Shown: positions 51,560 through 62,935, counted from the first letter of the stretch. The stretch is 62,935 nt of DNA from Gammaproteobacteria bacterium (GCA_016218345.1 JACREH010000026.1:1-62935); one strand, 5' to 3'. Made by a program: numbers and translations. Notes: a model not told the origin generated them from the sequence alone.

Positions 51560-52096
51560 ATTAACGCTATCGTACAAGCAAAAGTACAAGCAAAAGAGAC
51601 GCGCCTGAACGACCAGATCACGGCGCCGCAGGTCAGACTGATCGGCGCCGACGGCAAGCAGGTGGGCGTAGTGACCCTGGCCGAGGCCAAGCAAATGGCC
51701 GAAGTCGCGGCGCTGGACCTGGTAGAGATTTCGCCCGCGGTGTCGCCGCCGGTGTGCCGGATCATGAACTTCGGCAAGTTCCAGTATGAGGAAAGCAAGC
51801 GCAAGCACGCGGCACGGCGCAAGCAAAAGCAGATTCAGGTCAAGGAGGTCAAGTTTCGTCCCGGGACGGACATCGGAGATTATCAGGTCAAACTACGCAA
51901 CCTGATACGTTTCCTGGAAAACGGGGACAAGGCGAAAATCACCCTGCGTTTCCGCGGTCGCGAAATGGCCCATCAGGAACTGGGCACGCAACTGTTGAAG
52001 CGCATCGAGCAGGACCTCGCGGAGTACGGCACGGTGGAACAATTTCCGCGCCTCGAGGGCAGGCAGATGGTGATGATCCTGGGTCCCAAGAAATGA
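51560..52096 (+). CDS. infC: Translation initiation factor IF-3
   Basis: The frame opens right after the thrS stop. The IF-3 N-terminal region is ..[24 protein letters not shown]. There is no ATG/GTG upstream of that conserved region, so ATT 51560 (or ATC 51569) is the likely start, as is classical for infC. Confidence 0.85.
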   Translation: MNAIVQAKVQAKETRLNDQITAPQVRLIGADGKQVGVVTLAEAKQMAEVAALDLVEISPAVSPPVCRIMNFGKFQYEESKRKHAARRKQKQIQVKEVKFRPGTDIGDYQVKLRNLIRFLENGDKAKITLRFRGREMAHQELGTQLLKRIEQDLAEYGTVEQFPRLEGRQMVMILGPKK

Positions 52097-52240
52097 GAGA
52101 TTTGCGGTAGCCGCAGGATCGAGGCAAACGGACGTTTCGTGGTTCTCTCCGCCCTCGGGCGGCCATGTGGTTCAATCTCTTGAAAATCAACGGTAGCGCG
52201 CGCCATGACGGTGTGCGTGAGAATGCGGAGTTACGAGACA

Positions 52241-52438
52241 ATGCCTAAACTTAAGACCAATCGCGGCGCGGCCAAGCGCTTCAAGAAGACCGCCAGCGGC
52301 GGCTTCAAATGCGGCCACGGCTATAAGCGCCATATTCTTACCAAGAAGACCACCAAGCGTAAGCGCCAGCTGCGCGACACCATGATGGTGCACAAGTCCG
52401 ACGTCGGATCTGTGGCGCGCATGTTACCGTACAGCTGA
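52241..52438 (+). CDS. rpmI: 50S ribosomal protein L35
   Basis: [20 protein letters not shown]. Confidence 0.95.
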   Translation: MPKLKTNRGAAKRFKKTASGGFKCGHGYKRHILTKKTTKRKRQLRDTMMVHKSDVGSVARMLPYS

Positions 52439-52449
52439 GGAGATAGACC

Positions 52450-52809
52450 ATGCCACGCGTCAAACGCGGTGTTACCGCCCGTGCCCGCCACAAAAAAGTG
52501 TTGTCGGCCGCCAAGGGTTATTTCAATGCGCGCCGCAAGGTATTCCGCGCCGCCAAGCAGGCGGTCGCCAAGGCCGGCCAGTACGCCTATCGCGACCGCC
52601 GCCAACGCAAGCGCCAGTTCCGCGCCCTGTGGGTCGCGCGTATCAACGCCGCGGCGCGCGAGAACGGCCTGAGCTACAGCCGCTTCATCAACGGCCTGAG
52701 CCGGGCCGCAATCGAAGTCGATCGCAAGATGCTGGCGGATATCGCCGTGCACGACAAGCCGGCTTTCTCCGCGCTGGCCGAGAAGGCCAAGGCCCATCTT
52801 TCGGCCTGA
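52450..52809 (+). CDS. rplT: 50S ribosomal protein L20
   Basis: [18 protein letters not shown]...[16 protein letters not shown]-like. Confidence 0.95.
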   Translation: MPRVKRGVTARARHKKVLSAAKGYFNARRKVFRAAKQAVAKAGQYAYRDRRQRKRQFRALWVARINAAARENGLSYSRFINGLSRAAIEVDRKMLADIAVHDKPAFSALAEKAKAHLSA

Positions 52810-52844
52810 TCGTCGGCGCGATGTAGGCAGCCGCCGTACTCGAA

Positions 52845-52873
52845 GGGAAGGGCCGTCGGCCTTTCCCTTTTTT
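52845..52873 (+). terminator. Rho-independent terminator after rplT
   Basis: GGGAAGGGCC-GTC-GGCCTTTCCC followed by TTTTTT. Confidence 0.65.
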
Positions 52874-52944
52874 GTTTCTGAATCCAGCAGGTTGGGTCGG
52901 GCGACGAAGCAACGGTTCGACGGCAAGGCGCTAGGGCAGGATAA

Positions 52945-53985
<1,041 letters not shown>

Positions 53986-53992
53986 AAAAAAA

Positions 53993-54066
53993 TTTGCCGC
54001 AGATGAACGCAGATTAAATCACAATACAATAATTATCCTGATTTATCTGCGTTCATCTGCGGCCAA
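53993..54066. repeat. Small inverted-repeat (MITE/REP-like) element between pheS and pheT
   Basis: Arms GCCGCAGATGAACGCAGAT (53996-54014) and ATCTGCGTTCATCTGCGGC (54045-54063) are perfect 19-bp complements around an AT-rich loop. Confidence 0.7.
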
Positions 54067-54075
54067 AAATAATAT

Positions 54076-56460
54076 ATGAAAATCAGCGAACAATGGCTGC
54101 GTGAATGGGTGGCGCCGCGCCTGGATACCCGGGCGCTGGCCGATCGTCTCACGCTCGCCGGTCTCGAGGTCGGCACGATCGCGCCGGCCGCGCCGGCGCT
54201 GGAACGCGTGGTGGTCGGAAAGATTCTGGCGGTGGCGCCGCACCCGCAGGCCGACCGGCTGCGCGTCTGCCAGGTCGACGCCGGCCAGGACCGGCCGCTC
54301 ACGATCGTGTGCGGAGCGGCTAACGCCGCCGCCGGCCTGCGCGTGCCGGTGGCCCTGGTTGGCGCGCGCCTGCCGGGTGGGGCGGAAATCAAGCACACCG
54401 AAATTCGCGGCGTGGCCTCGGCCGGCATGTTGTGTTCGGCCGCGGAATTGGGCCTGGAGGAAAAGTCCGAGGGCCTGTGGGAGTTGGACGGCAATCTCAA
54501 ACCCGGTGTGTCGTTGACGAGCGCGCTGGCGCTGGACGACCAGGTTCTGGAAATTGAGCTCACCCCCAATCGCGGCGATTGTCTGAGCGTCGCCGGCGTG
54601 GCGCGCGAGCTCGCGGCGCTCACCGGCGCGCGGCTCAAGGCGCCGGTCGTCAAGGACGCCACGGTTAAATCCAAGAAACGCTTATCGGTAACGCTCGCGG
54701 CTAAACTAGATTGTCCGCATTATGCCGGCCGGGTGATCGAGGGCCTCGATCCCGCCGCCCGCACCCCGGTGTGGATGCAGGAGCGCCTGCGCCGCGCCGG
54801 CATCCGCTGCATTCAACCGGTGGTCGATGTGACCAACTACGTGATGCTCGAACTCGGCCAGCCCATGCATGCCTTCGATCTGGCGCGGCTGTCCGGCGGC
54901 ATCGTCGTGCGCCACGCCCGCGTGAATGAAACCCTGGCGTTGCTCGACGGCAAGAGTCTCGCGCTCGAGCCGGGCACGCTGGTCATCGCCGACCGGCACG
55001 CGCCGGTCGCGATCGCCGGCATCATGGGCGGCCTGGTGTCGGGCGTCACCGCCGCGACCACCGCGGTGTTCCTGGAGAGCGCCTATTTCCGCCCGGAGAC
55101 CATCGCCCGGCGGGCGCGTGGCTTGGGACTGCACAGCGAATCCTCGCATCGCTTCGAGCGCGGTGTCGATCCGCGGCTGCAACGCCGGGCGCTGCAACGC
55201 GCCACGAACCTGTTGCTCGCCATCGCCGGCGGCCGCGCCGGTCCGATCACCGAACAGACCGCGCCGCGCCACGTGCCGAAGCGCGCCGCGATCCGCCTGC
55301 GCAGCGCCCGGGTCGCGCGCCTGCTGGGCATGAGCCTGTCCGTTAGATCCATGAGCGACACGCTCAAGCGGCTCGGGATGCGGGCGCAGAAAACCGTCGA
55401 TGGCCTGCGGGTGACGCCGCCGTCCTATCGGTTCGACATCGCCCGCGAATGCGATCTGATCGAGGAGTTGGCGCGGGTTGTGGGCTACGAGCGGGTGCCG
55501 AGCACGCGCCCGCCGATCGCCATGGCGGCGAGTCTGCCGTCCGAGAGCGACCTCGACGCCGATCGGCTGCGCGCCGTGCTCATGGATCGCGATTACCACG
55601 AGGCGATCACCTACAGTTTCGTCGATCCGGCGCTCCAGGCGTTGCTCGATCCGCAGGCCGCGCCGGCGCTGCTGGCCAATCCCATCGCCGCCGATATGGC
55701 GGCCATGCGCACGCAGTTGTGGCCCGGCCTGCTGACGGCGCTGACTTATAATTGCAACCGTCAACAGGCGCGCATCCGCCTGTTCGAGATCGGACCGCGC
55801 TTTATTCCCGGCCCGAAAGGCGTGCGTCAGGAGTGGACGGTGGCCGGCGTGCTCCACGGCCCGGCGGCGCCCGAGCAGTGGGGTGTGCCGGCGCGCGCGC
55901 TGGATTTTTACGATCTCAAGGGCGATGTCGAAGCGTTGCTGAGCGTGGCGCGCGCCGGTTTCGAGACACGTGCAGCGCAACATCCGGCCCTGCATCCCGG
56001 CCAGTGCGCGGCGGTCTATCGGCGGGGCACAGGGGAGGGCGACAGCGGCGGCCTGTTCGGCCGGCTGCACCCCGCCATCCAGGCGAAATTGGGCCTGGAG
56101 CAGCCGGTATTTCTGTTCGAGCTTGGTTTGGCCGGGCTGGCCAGCGGCGCTATCCCCCGGTTTCGGGAGATCTCCAAATACCCCTCGGTCCGCCGCGATC
56201 TGGCAGTGGTGGTCGACCGAGCCACCCCGGCCCGGGCGGTCCTGGAGTGCGTGGCCAAGGCCGCCGGGGATTTGCTTGCAAACCTTGAGCTTTTTGACGA
56301 ATATCGCGGGGAAGGCATTGATTTCGGAAGAAAAAGTTTGGCTTTGGCCTTGACCTTGCAGGACTCTTCGCGCACTCTTAACGATGAGGCTGCCGAGGCG
56401 GTAATCCAGAGGGTGGTGGCGGCCCTGGGGTCGGAGTTGGGCGCCCAGTTGAGACAATAA
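54076..56460 (+). CDS. pheT: Phenylalanine--tRNA ligase beta subunit
   Basis: [11 protein letters not shown], a tRNA-binding domain, B3/4 and B5 domains, and 794 aa. Confidence 0.95.
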   Translation: MKISEQWLREWVAPRLDTRALADRLTLAGLEVGTIAPAAPALERVVVGKILAVAPHPQADRLRVCQVDAGQDRPLTIVCGAANAAAGLRVPVALVGARLPGGAEIKHTEIRGVASAGMLCSAAELGLEEKSEGLWELDGNLKPGVSLTSALALDDQVLEIELTPNRGDCLSVAGVARELAALTGARLKAPVVKDATVKSKKRLSVTLAAKLDCPHYAGRVIEGLDPAARTPVWMQERLRRAGIRCIQPVVDVTNYVMLELGQPMHAFDLARLSGGIVVRHARVNETLALLDGKSLALEPGTLVIADRHAPVAIAGIMGGLVSGVTAATTAVFLESAYFRPETIARRARGLGLHSESSHRFERGVDPRLQRRALQRATNLLLAIAGGRAGPITEQTAPRHVPKRAAIRLRSARVARLLGMSLSVRSMSDTLKRLGMRAQKTVDGLRVTPPSYRFDIARECDLIEELARVVGYERVPSTRPPIAMAASLPSESDLDADRLRAVLMDRDYHEAITYSFVDPALQALLDPQAAPALLANPIAADMAAMRTQLWPGLLTALTYNCNRQQARIRLFEIGPRFIPGPKGVRQEWTVAGVLHGPAAPEQWGVPARALDFYDLKGDVEALLSVARAGFETRAAQHPALHPGQCAAVYRRGTGEGDSGGLFGRLHPAIQAKLGLEQPVFLFELGLAGLASGAIPRFREISKYPSVRRDLAVVVDRATPARAVLECVAKAAGDLLANLELFDEYRGEGIDFGRKSLALALTLQDSSRTLNDEAAEAVIQRVVAALGSELGAQLRQ

Positions 56461-56485
56461 AAGCACGAGAGAAGGACGCGTATCC

Positions 56486-56791
56486 ATGGCGTTAACCAAG
56501 GCAGACCTGGCCGAGTCGCTGTTTAATGAGCTAGGATTGAACAAGCGCGAGGCGAAGGAATTTGTCGAGCTGTTTTTCGAGAAAATCCGCGAGGCCTTGG
56601 AGCGGGGCGAGACCGTCAAGCTCAGCGGCTTCGGGAATTTTGGCCTGAGGAACAAGAACCCCCGGCCGGGGCGCAATCCCAAGACCGGGGAGGAAATACC
56701 GATTTCCGCGCGGCGCGTGGTCACCTTTCGCGCCAGTCATAAACTTAAAAAACGAGTGGAAATGAATGCTGGATCCCGCGGAAAATCTTGA
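56486..56791 (+). CDS. ihfA: Integration host factor subunit alpha
   Basis: [13 protein letters not shown]...[26 protein letters not shown]. Confidence 0.9.
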   Translation: MALTKADLAESLFNELGLNKREAKEFVELFFEKIREALERGETVKLSGFGNFGLRNKNPRPGRNPKTGEEIPISARRVVTFRASHKLKKRVEMNAGSRGKS

Positions 56792-57122
56792 GCTGCCGCC
56801 CATCCCGGGTAAGCGCTATTTCACCATCGGCGAGGTCAGCGAACTGTGCGCGGTCAAGCCGCATGTGCTGCGCTATTGGGAGCAGGAGTTTCCCCAGCTC
56901 AAGCCGGTCAAGCGCCGCGGCAACCGCCGCTACTACCAGCGTCATGACGTGATGCTGATCCGCCAGATTCGCAGTCTGCTGTACGTCGAGGGGTTCACCA
57001 TCAGCGGGGCGCGCAACAAGCTGATCGTGGAGAACGACCTCAACGACCCCGGCCAGCGCGCCGCGGTGATCAAGCAATTGATCAAGGAATTGGACGACGT
57101 GCTGGTCTTGCTCAAAGAGTAA
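56766..57122 (+). CDS. MerR-family transcriptional regulator
   Basis: [25 protein letters not shown] helix-turn-helix. It overlaps the ihfA 3' end. Confidence 0.8.
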   Translation: MLDPAENLELPPIPGKRYFTIGEVSELCAVKPHVLRYWEQEFPQLKPVKRRGNRRYYQRHDVMLIRQIRSLLYVEGFTISGARNKLIVENDLNDPGQRAAVIKQLIKELDDVLVLLKE

Positions 57123-57229
57123 CTTCGGACAAGTTCCCATTTTCCCCGCCGATGTTCTCAGGTATGATGGCGTGCCCGGATACCTCTCATATCAGAGCAT
57201 TCGGTTCCCACGGCAGTTCCGCAGTAAAA

Positions 57230-57306
<77 letters not shown>

Positions 57307-57386
57307 TACAATCCCTGTATGGGGCGATCGGATTCCCGGCCTGGCGTGTTCCATCCGCCAGGCGCTCGGCGGCGTTGCCGCCTTGC

Positions 57387-57402
57387 CCTCTCGCCCCGAC
57401 CA
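57387..57402. repeat. 16-bp duplicate of the tRNA-Pro 3' end (CCTCTCGCCCCGACCA)
   Basis: Identical to 57291-57306, and lies 80 bp downstream of the tRNA. Confidence 0.7.
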
Positions 57403-57436
57403 ACTTAAAAAAATTAACCGTTGAAGGCCCGCGACC

Positions 57437-58006
57437 GTGGAGTCCGTTAGCCCGCAGCACGCCTGGCAGGTCTTGCAGGCCGCCGATTGCCTGTACACCG
57501 AGGCGCAGGTCGAGGCGGCGCTCGATGTCATGGCGCAGGCCATTACCGCGACTCTCGGGCAGAGCAACCCGGTGGTGGTGTGTCTCATGAACGGCGGCGT
57601 GGTGCCGTTCGGCAAGCTGCTGCCGCGACTGAATTTTCCCTTGCAGATCGACTACGTGCACGCCACGCGCTATCGCGACAAACTCTACGGCAGCGATCTG
57701 GAGTGGCGCGCCGGTCCGTTCGTCTCGGCGCGCAACCGCACGGTGCTGCTGGTGGACGACATCCTGGATGCCGGCGAAACGCTGGCGGCGATCGAGAAGT
57801 TCTACCAGGGTCAGGGCGCGCGACGGGTCTATAAAGCGGTGTTGACCGTCAAGAATCGGACGCGCAGCGTGCCGATCGCGGCCGATTTTATCGGACTGGA
57901 AGTGCCCGATCGATACGTGTTCGGCTACGGCATGGATTACAAGGGATATTTGCGCAACGCGCCGGGTATCTACGCCCTGGCCGAATCATTCAATTCGGAC
58001 TCATAG
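57437..58006 (+). CDS. Hypoxanthine/guanine phosphoribosyltransferase-like protein
   Basis: PRPP-binding motif [17 protein letters not shown] start. Confidence 0.8.
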   Translation: MESVSPQHAWQVLQAADCLYTEAQVEAALDVMAQAITATLGQSNPVVVCLMNGGVVPFGKLLPRLNFPLQIDYVHATRYRDKLYGSDLEWRAGPFVSARNRTVLLVDDILDAGETLAAIEKFYQGQGARRVYKAVLTVKNRTRSVPIAADFIGLEVPDRYVFGYGMDYKGYLRNAPGIYALAESFNSDS

Positions 58007-58018
58007 GAAGCCCTCGGC

Positions 58019-58768
58019 ATGACCTTAGCGGCGATCATCGGCGGCAGCGGCCTGACCAACCTGAAGGATTTCGAAGTCACCCATCGGGAAGTGAAGCGTT
58101 CGCCGTACGGCGAACCGTCCTCGCCGCTGGTGTTCGGCCGCCTGGGCGGCCAGGAGGTGGTGTTTCTGGCGCGCCACGGCCAAGGCCACACCATCCCGCC
58201 GCACGAGGTGAATTACCGCGCCAACATCTGGGCCATCAAGGAGACCGGCGCGACGCGCGTGATCGCGGTCAACGCCGTCGGCGGTATCGCCGCCAGCCTG
58301 AAACCCGGACAGCTGGTGTTTCCCGACCAGATCATCGATTACACCTATTCGCGCAACCACACCTTCTTCGGCAACGGGCAAAAACCGGTCACGCACATCG
58401 ATTTTACTTACCCGTATTGCGAGGAGTTGCGGCGGGTGTTCATCCAGGCGGCGCGCGCCGCCGGCATCGAGGCCGCGGAACATGCCACCTATGCCGCCAC
58501 CCAGGGCCCGCGCTTCGAGTCCATCGCCGAGATCAAGCGCCTGGAGCGCGACGGCGCCGACATCGTCGGCATGACCGGCATGCCCGAGACCGGCTTGGCG
58601 CGCGAACTGGGACTGTGTTACGCCAGCATCGCGGTGATAGCCAATCCGGCCGCCGGCAAGGCCGCCGGCGTGATCAGCCTGAAAGAGATAGAAAGAACCC
58701 TGGAGAGCGGGATGCAAACGGTGCGCTCACTGCTGGAGCGCACCATCCCGTTGTTGCTGACGGTCTGA
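58019..58768 (+). CDS. S-methyl-5'-thioadenosine/thioinosine phosphorylase (PNP family 2)
   Basis: IIGGSGL, FLARHGQGHTIPPHEVNYRANIWA, and GMTGMPE. Confidence 0.85.
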   Translation: MTLAAIIGGSGLTNLKDFEVTHREVKRSPYGEPSSPLVFGRLGGQEVVFLARHGQGHTIPPHEVNYRANIWAIKETGATRVIAVNAVGGIAASLKPGQLVFPDQIIDYTYSRNHTFFGNGQKPVTHIDFTYPYCEELRRVFIQAARAAGIEAAEHATYAATQGPRFESIAEIKRLERDGADIVGMTGMPETGLARELGLCYASIAVIANPAAGKAAGVISLKEIERTLESGMQTVRSLLERTIPLLLTV

Positions 58769-58792
58769 TGAAGAGAGGTTTAATAATAGTTT

Positions 58793-58932
58793 TTGCCGCA
58801 GAGACGCAGAGGGCGCAAAGAACAACAGAAAAATTCTAAGAGGGTAACCCAAACCTTGGGTGGCGTCGTCCCTGGTCAAGAGAGGGCTTACCAAAAAAGG
58901 TTTTCCCTGCGCCCTCTGCGTCTCTGCGGCAA
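58793..58932. repeat. 140-bp inverted-repeat (MITE-like) element
   Basis: The 25-bp terminal arms TTGCCGCAGAGACGCAGAGGGCGCA (58793-58817) and TGCGCCCTCTGCGTCTCTGCGGCAA (58908-58932) are perfect complements. The termini resemble those of the 53993-54066 element. Confidence 0.7.
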
Positions 58933-58951
58933 GAAATCTAACAGTACTTCC

Positions 58952-59509
58952 TTAGCGCCCGCCGCGCTCTTTTTCGGGCGCGTTCACGGTCAGCAGCACG
59001 CCGAAGCGCGGGTGGTCGTAGTAGTGAACCTCCTGGCTTTTGACGCGCCGTTGTTCGTCTATCCGGTGAACGACCCCGCCGGTCACCGCTGTGTCTTTGA
59101 GCACCAGCTGCACGTCGGCGTGCAGATAACGGCTCAGATAAACCTTCACCAGACCGTCGAGTTCCGTGCCGCCGGTGATGCGACGTGCCTTGACGCCGCC
59201 CTTGGTGTCCACCGTTTGACTCCAGCGTTGATGAAACAGCACCCGGTACTGGCCGTCTTTTTCGAGCTGCGCGGCGCTGCCGGCGAGTTTGTAGCCACCG
59301 GTCGCGGGTGTCGTCGGGACAACCGCGTCGGCCAGGCCGGGGAGGGTTACGGCGTTTTTGCCTTCGAACGCCGACACGTCGCTGGCCGGGGTGTTGCGAT
59401 TTTCGAATACCAGCACCTCGATGTCGTAGAGGCCGTCCTTGTCGGTGGGCGCGGCCGCCACCGTGTTTGCCAGAAACAGCAGCGTGCCGAAAACTACTGG
59501 AAGTCGCAT
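58952..59509 (-). CDS. Hypothetical secreted protein (possibly CsiV-like)
   Basis: Signal peptide, then LYDIEVLVFEN. The family assignment is tentative. Confidence 0.5.
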   Translation of the reverse strand: MRLPVVFGTLLFLANTVAAAPTDKDGLYDIEVLVFENRNTPASDVSAFEGKNAVTLPGLADAVVPTTPATGGYKLAGSAAQLEKDGQYRVLFHQRWSQTVDTKGGVKARRITGGTELDGLVKVYLSRYLHADVQLVLKDTAVTGGVVHRIDEQRRVKSQEVHYYDHPRFGVLLTVNAPEKERGGR

Positions 59510-59581
59510 GAGATCGTTACCCGGGTGCCGTTTGAACTGGTAGTATCGCGCAGACCGATGTGAAATTCGAGTGTGACGAGT

Positions 59582-60118
59582 ATGGCCATCCGACCCGTAT
59601 TGAAAATGGGCGACCCGCGGCTGTTGCAGGTCGCCGAGCCGGTGACGCAGTTCGATACCCCGGAATTGGATGCCCTGGTGGCCGATATGTTCGACACCAT
59701 GGCGGCCCTCGACGGCGCCGGCCTGGCGGCGCCGCAGATCGGCGTGGGCTTGCGCGTGGTGATCTTCGGCGTCGCCGCCAACCCGCGCTATCCGCAGGTC
59801 GAGCCGGTGCCGACCACGGTGTTGATCAATCCGTCGCTGGAGTTTCCCGACAACGACAGGGAAGACGGCTGGGAAGGCTGCCTGAGTGTGCCCGGCCTGC
59901 GCGGTCTGGTGCCGCGCTACCGGCGACTAAACTATTCGGGTTTCGATCAACGCGGTGCGCCGCTCGCGCGCAGCGTCGTGGGCTTTCATGCGCGCGTTGT
60001 GCAACACGAATGCGATCACCTCGACGGCATCCTCTATCCGATGCGTATCCGGGATCTGCGTCTCTTTGGTTACGAGGATACCTTGTTTGCCTCCTCGTCC
60101 GACGCCCCAGCGGCTTGA
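59582..60118 (+). CDS. def: Peptide deformylase
   Basis: [16 protein letters not shown], and HECDHLDG. Confidence 0.9.
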   Translation: MAIRPVLKMGDPRLLQVAEPVTQFDTPELDALVADMFDTMAALDGAGLAAPQIGVGLRVVIFGVAANPRYPQVEPVPTTVLINPSLEFPDNDREDGWEGCLSVPGLRGLVPRYRRLNYSGFDQRGAPLARSVVGFHARVVQHECDHLDGILYPMRIRDLRLFGYEDTLFASSSDAPAA

Positions 60119-60254
60119 AGATTATTTTACCCGGTAGGTGGCCGGTAATAGTAATCTGGTCAAACCGTGAGTCTGTTGCCACGTGAAGAAAAGGAACAGT
60201 AAGCGAATGCTATTTTAACGGCGATAGGGTCGTCACAAAACATGGAAAGGAGGA

Positions 60255-60533
60255 ATGAAAATGATCAATGTAAAAGGGTTGCGTTCATCGTTCTCCCTTC
60301 TATCGCCTAGCAAAGTTAAGTGGTTAGGTCTCGCATTCATGGGTATGGCGGTTTTCGTTGCTATTATCAGCGGTGCGCTAGCATTTAATGGCATCATTTC
60401 GGTAGACAACGCGATCTCTTTTACCCGCTGGGGCATCTTACTTCTCGGCGTGCCGGGTTTCGTTTTGCACATCGTCGTCGTTAGACATCTGTGGAACGAG
60501 AAGCGGAGTCGCGATAAGGCGAAAGCCCATTGA
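60255..60533 (+). CDS. Small membrane protein (hypothetical)
   Basis: Strong AAGGAGGA SD, two TM helices, and a low-GC local context. Confidence 0.5.
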   Translation: MKMINVKGLRSSFSLLSPSKVKWLGLAFMGMAVFVAIISGALAFNGIISVDNAISFTRWGILLLGVPGFVLHIVVVRHLWNEKRSRDKAKAH

Positions 60534-60634
60534 ACATGTCCCGTTTGAGAAAGAGAAGGGGATGGAGTGTGGTGTCCTCGATCCACGGACGCAGAGTTAA
60601 GGAACAGAGGTGTCAATACTGATGTCGCCTCAGA

Positions 60635-62935
60635 TTACGGCCCGAGCCGCTTGAACAACGCCTGTAACGCCCCGATGCGGCTGTCGCCGTCCGGCAGGTC
60701 GGCGAGGATGCGCAGCCGGTTCGGGCCGTCCAGTTTGTACAGGCGCGGCGCCGATTGCAGCAGTTGGATGATTGCGGCCGGGTCGATCTTGGGCCGGACG
60801 GTGAATTCCAGGCGTGCGCCCTTGGGGCCGGCCTCGATGCGGCGGATGCCGAGCGCCGCGGCCTTGAGTTTGAGCGCCGTGACCCGGAACAACATGACGC
60901 CGGCCGGTGGCAGCGGGCCGAAACGATCGATCACCTCGGCCTGCAGGTCGTCGAGTTCTTCCTGGTGGCGTGTCCCGGCGGTGCGTTTGTAAAGAATCAG
61001 GCGCATGTGCACGTCGGCCATGTAGTCCTGGGGGAAAAGCGCCGGCACGTGCAGGTTGATCTCGACGCCGCTCTCGAGCGGCTGTTCGAGGTCGAATTCC
61101 CGGCCGGCCTTCAACGAGGCGATGGCGCGGTTCAATAGATCGGTGTACAGCGAAAACCCGACTTCGTCGATCTGGCCGCTTTGCGCCTCGCCCAGCAATT
61201 CGCCGGCGCCGCGAATCTCCAGGTCGTGCGAGGCGAGCGCGAAGCCCGCGCCCAATTCCTCCAGCGAGGCGATCGCCTCCAGGCGCTTTTGGGCGTCGCC
61301 GCTCAACGCCGCGCGTGGCGGCACCAGCAGATAGGCGTAGGCCTGGTGATGCGAGCGGCCGACGCGTCCGCGCAGTTGATGCAGTTGCGCCAGGCCGAAT
61401 TTGTCGGCGCGCTGAATGACGATGGTGTTGGCGGTCGGAACGTCGATGCCCGATTCGATGATCGTGCTGCACAGCAGAATATTGAAGCGCTGGTGGTAGA
61501 AATCCAGCATGACCTGTTCGAGTTCGCGCTCCGGCATCTGGCCGTGGGCCACGCGGATCTCGGCCTCCGGCACCAGCTGTTGCAGTTGCGCCAGCGCCTT
61601 ATCCATGCTGCGCACGTCGTTGTGCAGGAAATACACCTGGCCGCCGCGGCGGATCTCGCGCAGGCAGGCCTCGCGCACCAGCGCGTCGTTCCATTCACGC
61701 ACGAAGGTCTTGACCGATAGGCGCGCCTCGGGGGCAGTGGTGATGAGCGATATGTCGCGAAACGCCGCCAGCGCCATGTTGAGCGTGCGCGGCACCGGCG
61801 TGGCGGTGAGCGTCAGGATATCCACCTGACTGCGCAGTTTCTTGAGTTGTTCTTTCTGACGCACGCCGAAGCGGTGCTCCTCGTCGATGATCGCCAGTCC
61901 CAGTTGCTTGAAACGGATGTCGGGTTGCAACAGGCGATGCGTGCCGATCACGATGTCCACGCCGCCGTCCGCCAACCCCGCCAATACCTTGTCCTGCTCG
62001 GCCTTGCTGCGAAAGCGCGACAGCAATTCCACGCGCACGGGGTAATCGGCGAAGCGGTCGCTGAAATTCCGATAGTGCTGCTGGGCGAGCAGGGTGGTCG
62101 GCACCAGCAGTGCCACCTGGCGGCGGCCCTGCACCGCCAGGAACGCGGCGCGCAACGCCACCTCGGTCTTGCCGAAGCCGACGTCGCCGCACACCAGCCG
62201 GTCCATCGGCCGGCCGGTTTCCATGTCGCGCAGCACTTCGTCGATGACGCGTGCCTGGTCGAGCGTTTCCTCGAACGGGAAGGCGTCGGCGAAGCCCTGA
62301 TAGTGTTCGTCGCGCGCGGGGAATGCGTGTCCTTGGCGGGCGGCGCGCAGCGCCTGCACGTGAAGCAATTCGACCGCGGCGTCATGGGCCTTTTCGCGCG
62401 CCCGGCGCTTGGCCTTTTCCCAGACGTCGCCGCCGAGCCTGTGCAGCGGCGCCTGATCGGGATGGGTGCCGGTGTAGCGGCCGACCTTCTGCAGGTCGGT
62501 GACGGGGATGTAAAGCTTGTCGCCGCCGGCATAGGCGAGTGCCAGAAATTCGTTCGGCCCGTCGCCGACGTCGAGCGTCTGCAAGCCGAGATAGCGACCG
62601 ACGCCGTGGTCCTCGTGAACGACCGGATCGTTGACGCGCAGTTCGGCGAGAGTGCGGATCACCGCCTCGGGATCGCGCGCGCTTTGCAGACGCCGGCGAC
62701 GTTGCGCGGCGCGTTCGCCGTACAACTGCGGCTCGGTGATGACGGCGATGGCCGGATCGGGCAGCAGCAGGCCGTTCTCCAGCTCGGCGACCGTCAGCGC
62801 CAGGCGCGTCGAACCGGACACGAATTCATTCCAGCCCGCGCCCGGGTCGGGATAGACGTCGTGATCGTGCAGCAGCGCGCGCAACACCTCGCGCCGCCCG
62901 GGGGTCTCGGCCACCACCAACACCCGGCCGCGATA
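60635..62935 (-). CDS. mfd: Transcription-repair coupling factor (N-terminal part outside window)
   Basis: CarD-like VVHEDHGVGRY, helicase motifs GDVGFGKTEV, IIDEEHRFGV and TATPVPRT, and a C-terminal TRG/D7 region. The frame is open to the window edge. Confidence 0.95.
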   Translation of the reverse strand, partial: YRGRVLVVAETPGRREVLRALLHDHDVYPDPGAGWNEFVSGSTRLALTVAELENGLLLPDPAIAVITEPQLYGERAAQRRRRLQSARDPEAVIRTLAELRVNDPVVHEDHGVGRYLGLQTLDVGDGPNEFLALAYAGGDKLYIPVTDLQKVGRYTGTHPDQAPLHRLGGDVWEKAKRRAREKAHDAAVELLHVQALRAARQGHAFPARDEHYQGFADAFPFEETLDQARVIDEVLRDMETGRPMDRLVCGDVGFGKTEVALRAAFLAVQGRRQVALLVPTTLLAQQHYRNFSDRFADYPVRVELLSRFRSKAEQDKVLAGLADGGVDIVIGTHRLLQPDIRFKQLGLAIIDEEHRFGVRQKEQLKKLRSQVDILTLTATPVPRTLNMALAAFRDISLITTAPEARLSVKTFVREWNDALVREACLREIRRGGQVYFLHNDVRSMDKALAQLQQLVPEAEIRVAHGQMPERELEQVMLDFYHQRFNILLCSTIIESGIDVPTANTIVIQRADKFGLAQLHQLRGRVGRSHHQAYAYLLVPPRAALSGDAQKRLEAIASLEELGAGFALASHDLEIRGAGELLGEAQSGQIDEVGFSLYTDLLNRAIASLKAGREFDLEQPLESGVEINLHVPALFPQDYMADVHMRLILYKRTAGTRHQEELDDLQAEVIDRFGPLPPAGVMLFRVTALKLKAAALGIRRIEAGPKGARLEFTVRPKIDPAAIIQLLQSAPRLYKLDGPNRLRILADLPDGDSRIGALQALFKRLGP

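Noticed and set aside
58793-59563. 256-aa plus-strand ORF.
   Set aside because: It starts inside the MITE-like inverted repeat and runs antisense to the signal-peptide protein at 58952-59509. Its translation has no motif and is Arg/Gly-rich.

Overview
All calls below come from reading motifs in the supplied translations and the raw sequence; no database search was run. This is a GC-rich proteobacterial chromosomal segment (roughly two-thirds G+C by eye) with gammaproteobacterium-like gene content.

1-26.4 kb is a mix of core and accessory genes:
- an exeA/gspB-like pair, a LysE exporter and two paralogous zinc-ribbon genes;
- an alpha/beta hydrolase, and a polytopic spermidine-synthase-like membrane protein followed by two methyltransferases;
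- thioredoxin;
- a cobalamin block (riboswitch-btuB-PduO-type adenosyltransferase, plus a btuCD-like permease/ATPase) that is split by a GGDEF-EAL gene;
- rppH, then a GDP-mannose/GDP-fucose glycan module (manC-gmd-fcl-flippase-methyltransferase-GT2).

26,473-43,387 is a 16.9-kb integrative island in the 3' end of tRNA-Asn(GTT). It is bounded by a perfect 17-bp direct repeat. Its backbone is P4-type: a tyrosine integrase at one end, and AlpA, a CHC2 zinc-finger protein and a Toprim/DUF3987 primase at the other.

The island carries about 11 kb of visibly lower-GC cargo:
- three orphan ORFs;
- a tightly coupled operon of a motif-IV-less half-methyltransferase, a complete N6-adenine methyltransferase and a GIY-YIG/T5orf172-helicase fusion;
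- an Mrr-type endonuclease;
- three small orphan genes on the opposite strand, one of them strongly acidic;
- a stand-alone OLD/PARIS-like ABC-ATPase-Toprim protein.

43.4-62.9 kb is housekeeping: a fimT-like pseudopilin, an aminotransferase, uvrB, a PstS-like protein, tRNA-Val, thrS-infC-rpmI-rplT-pheS-pheT-ihfA-merR, tRNA-Pro, an HPRT-like protein, an MTAP-like protein, def and a truncated mfd.

The best candidates for an undescribed system are the cargo modules of the tRNA-Asn island, above all the block at 30.7-36.9 kb (orphans, half-MTase, MTase, GIY-YIG-helicase). Many long ORFs in the track are antisense shadows of real genes, as expected in GC-rich DNA, and were ignored.
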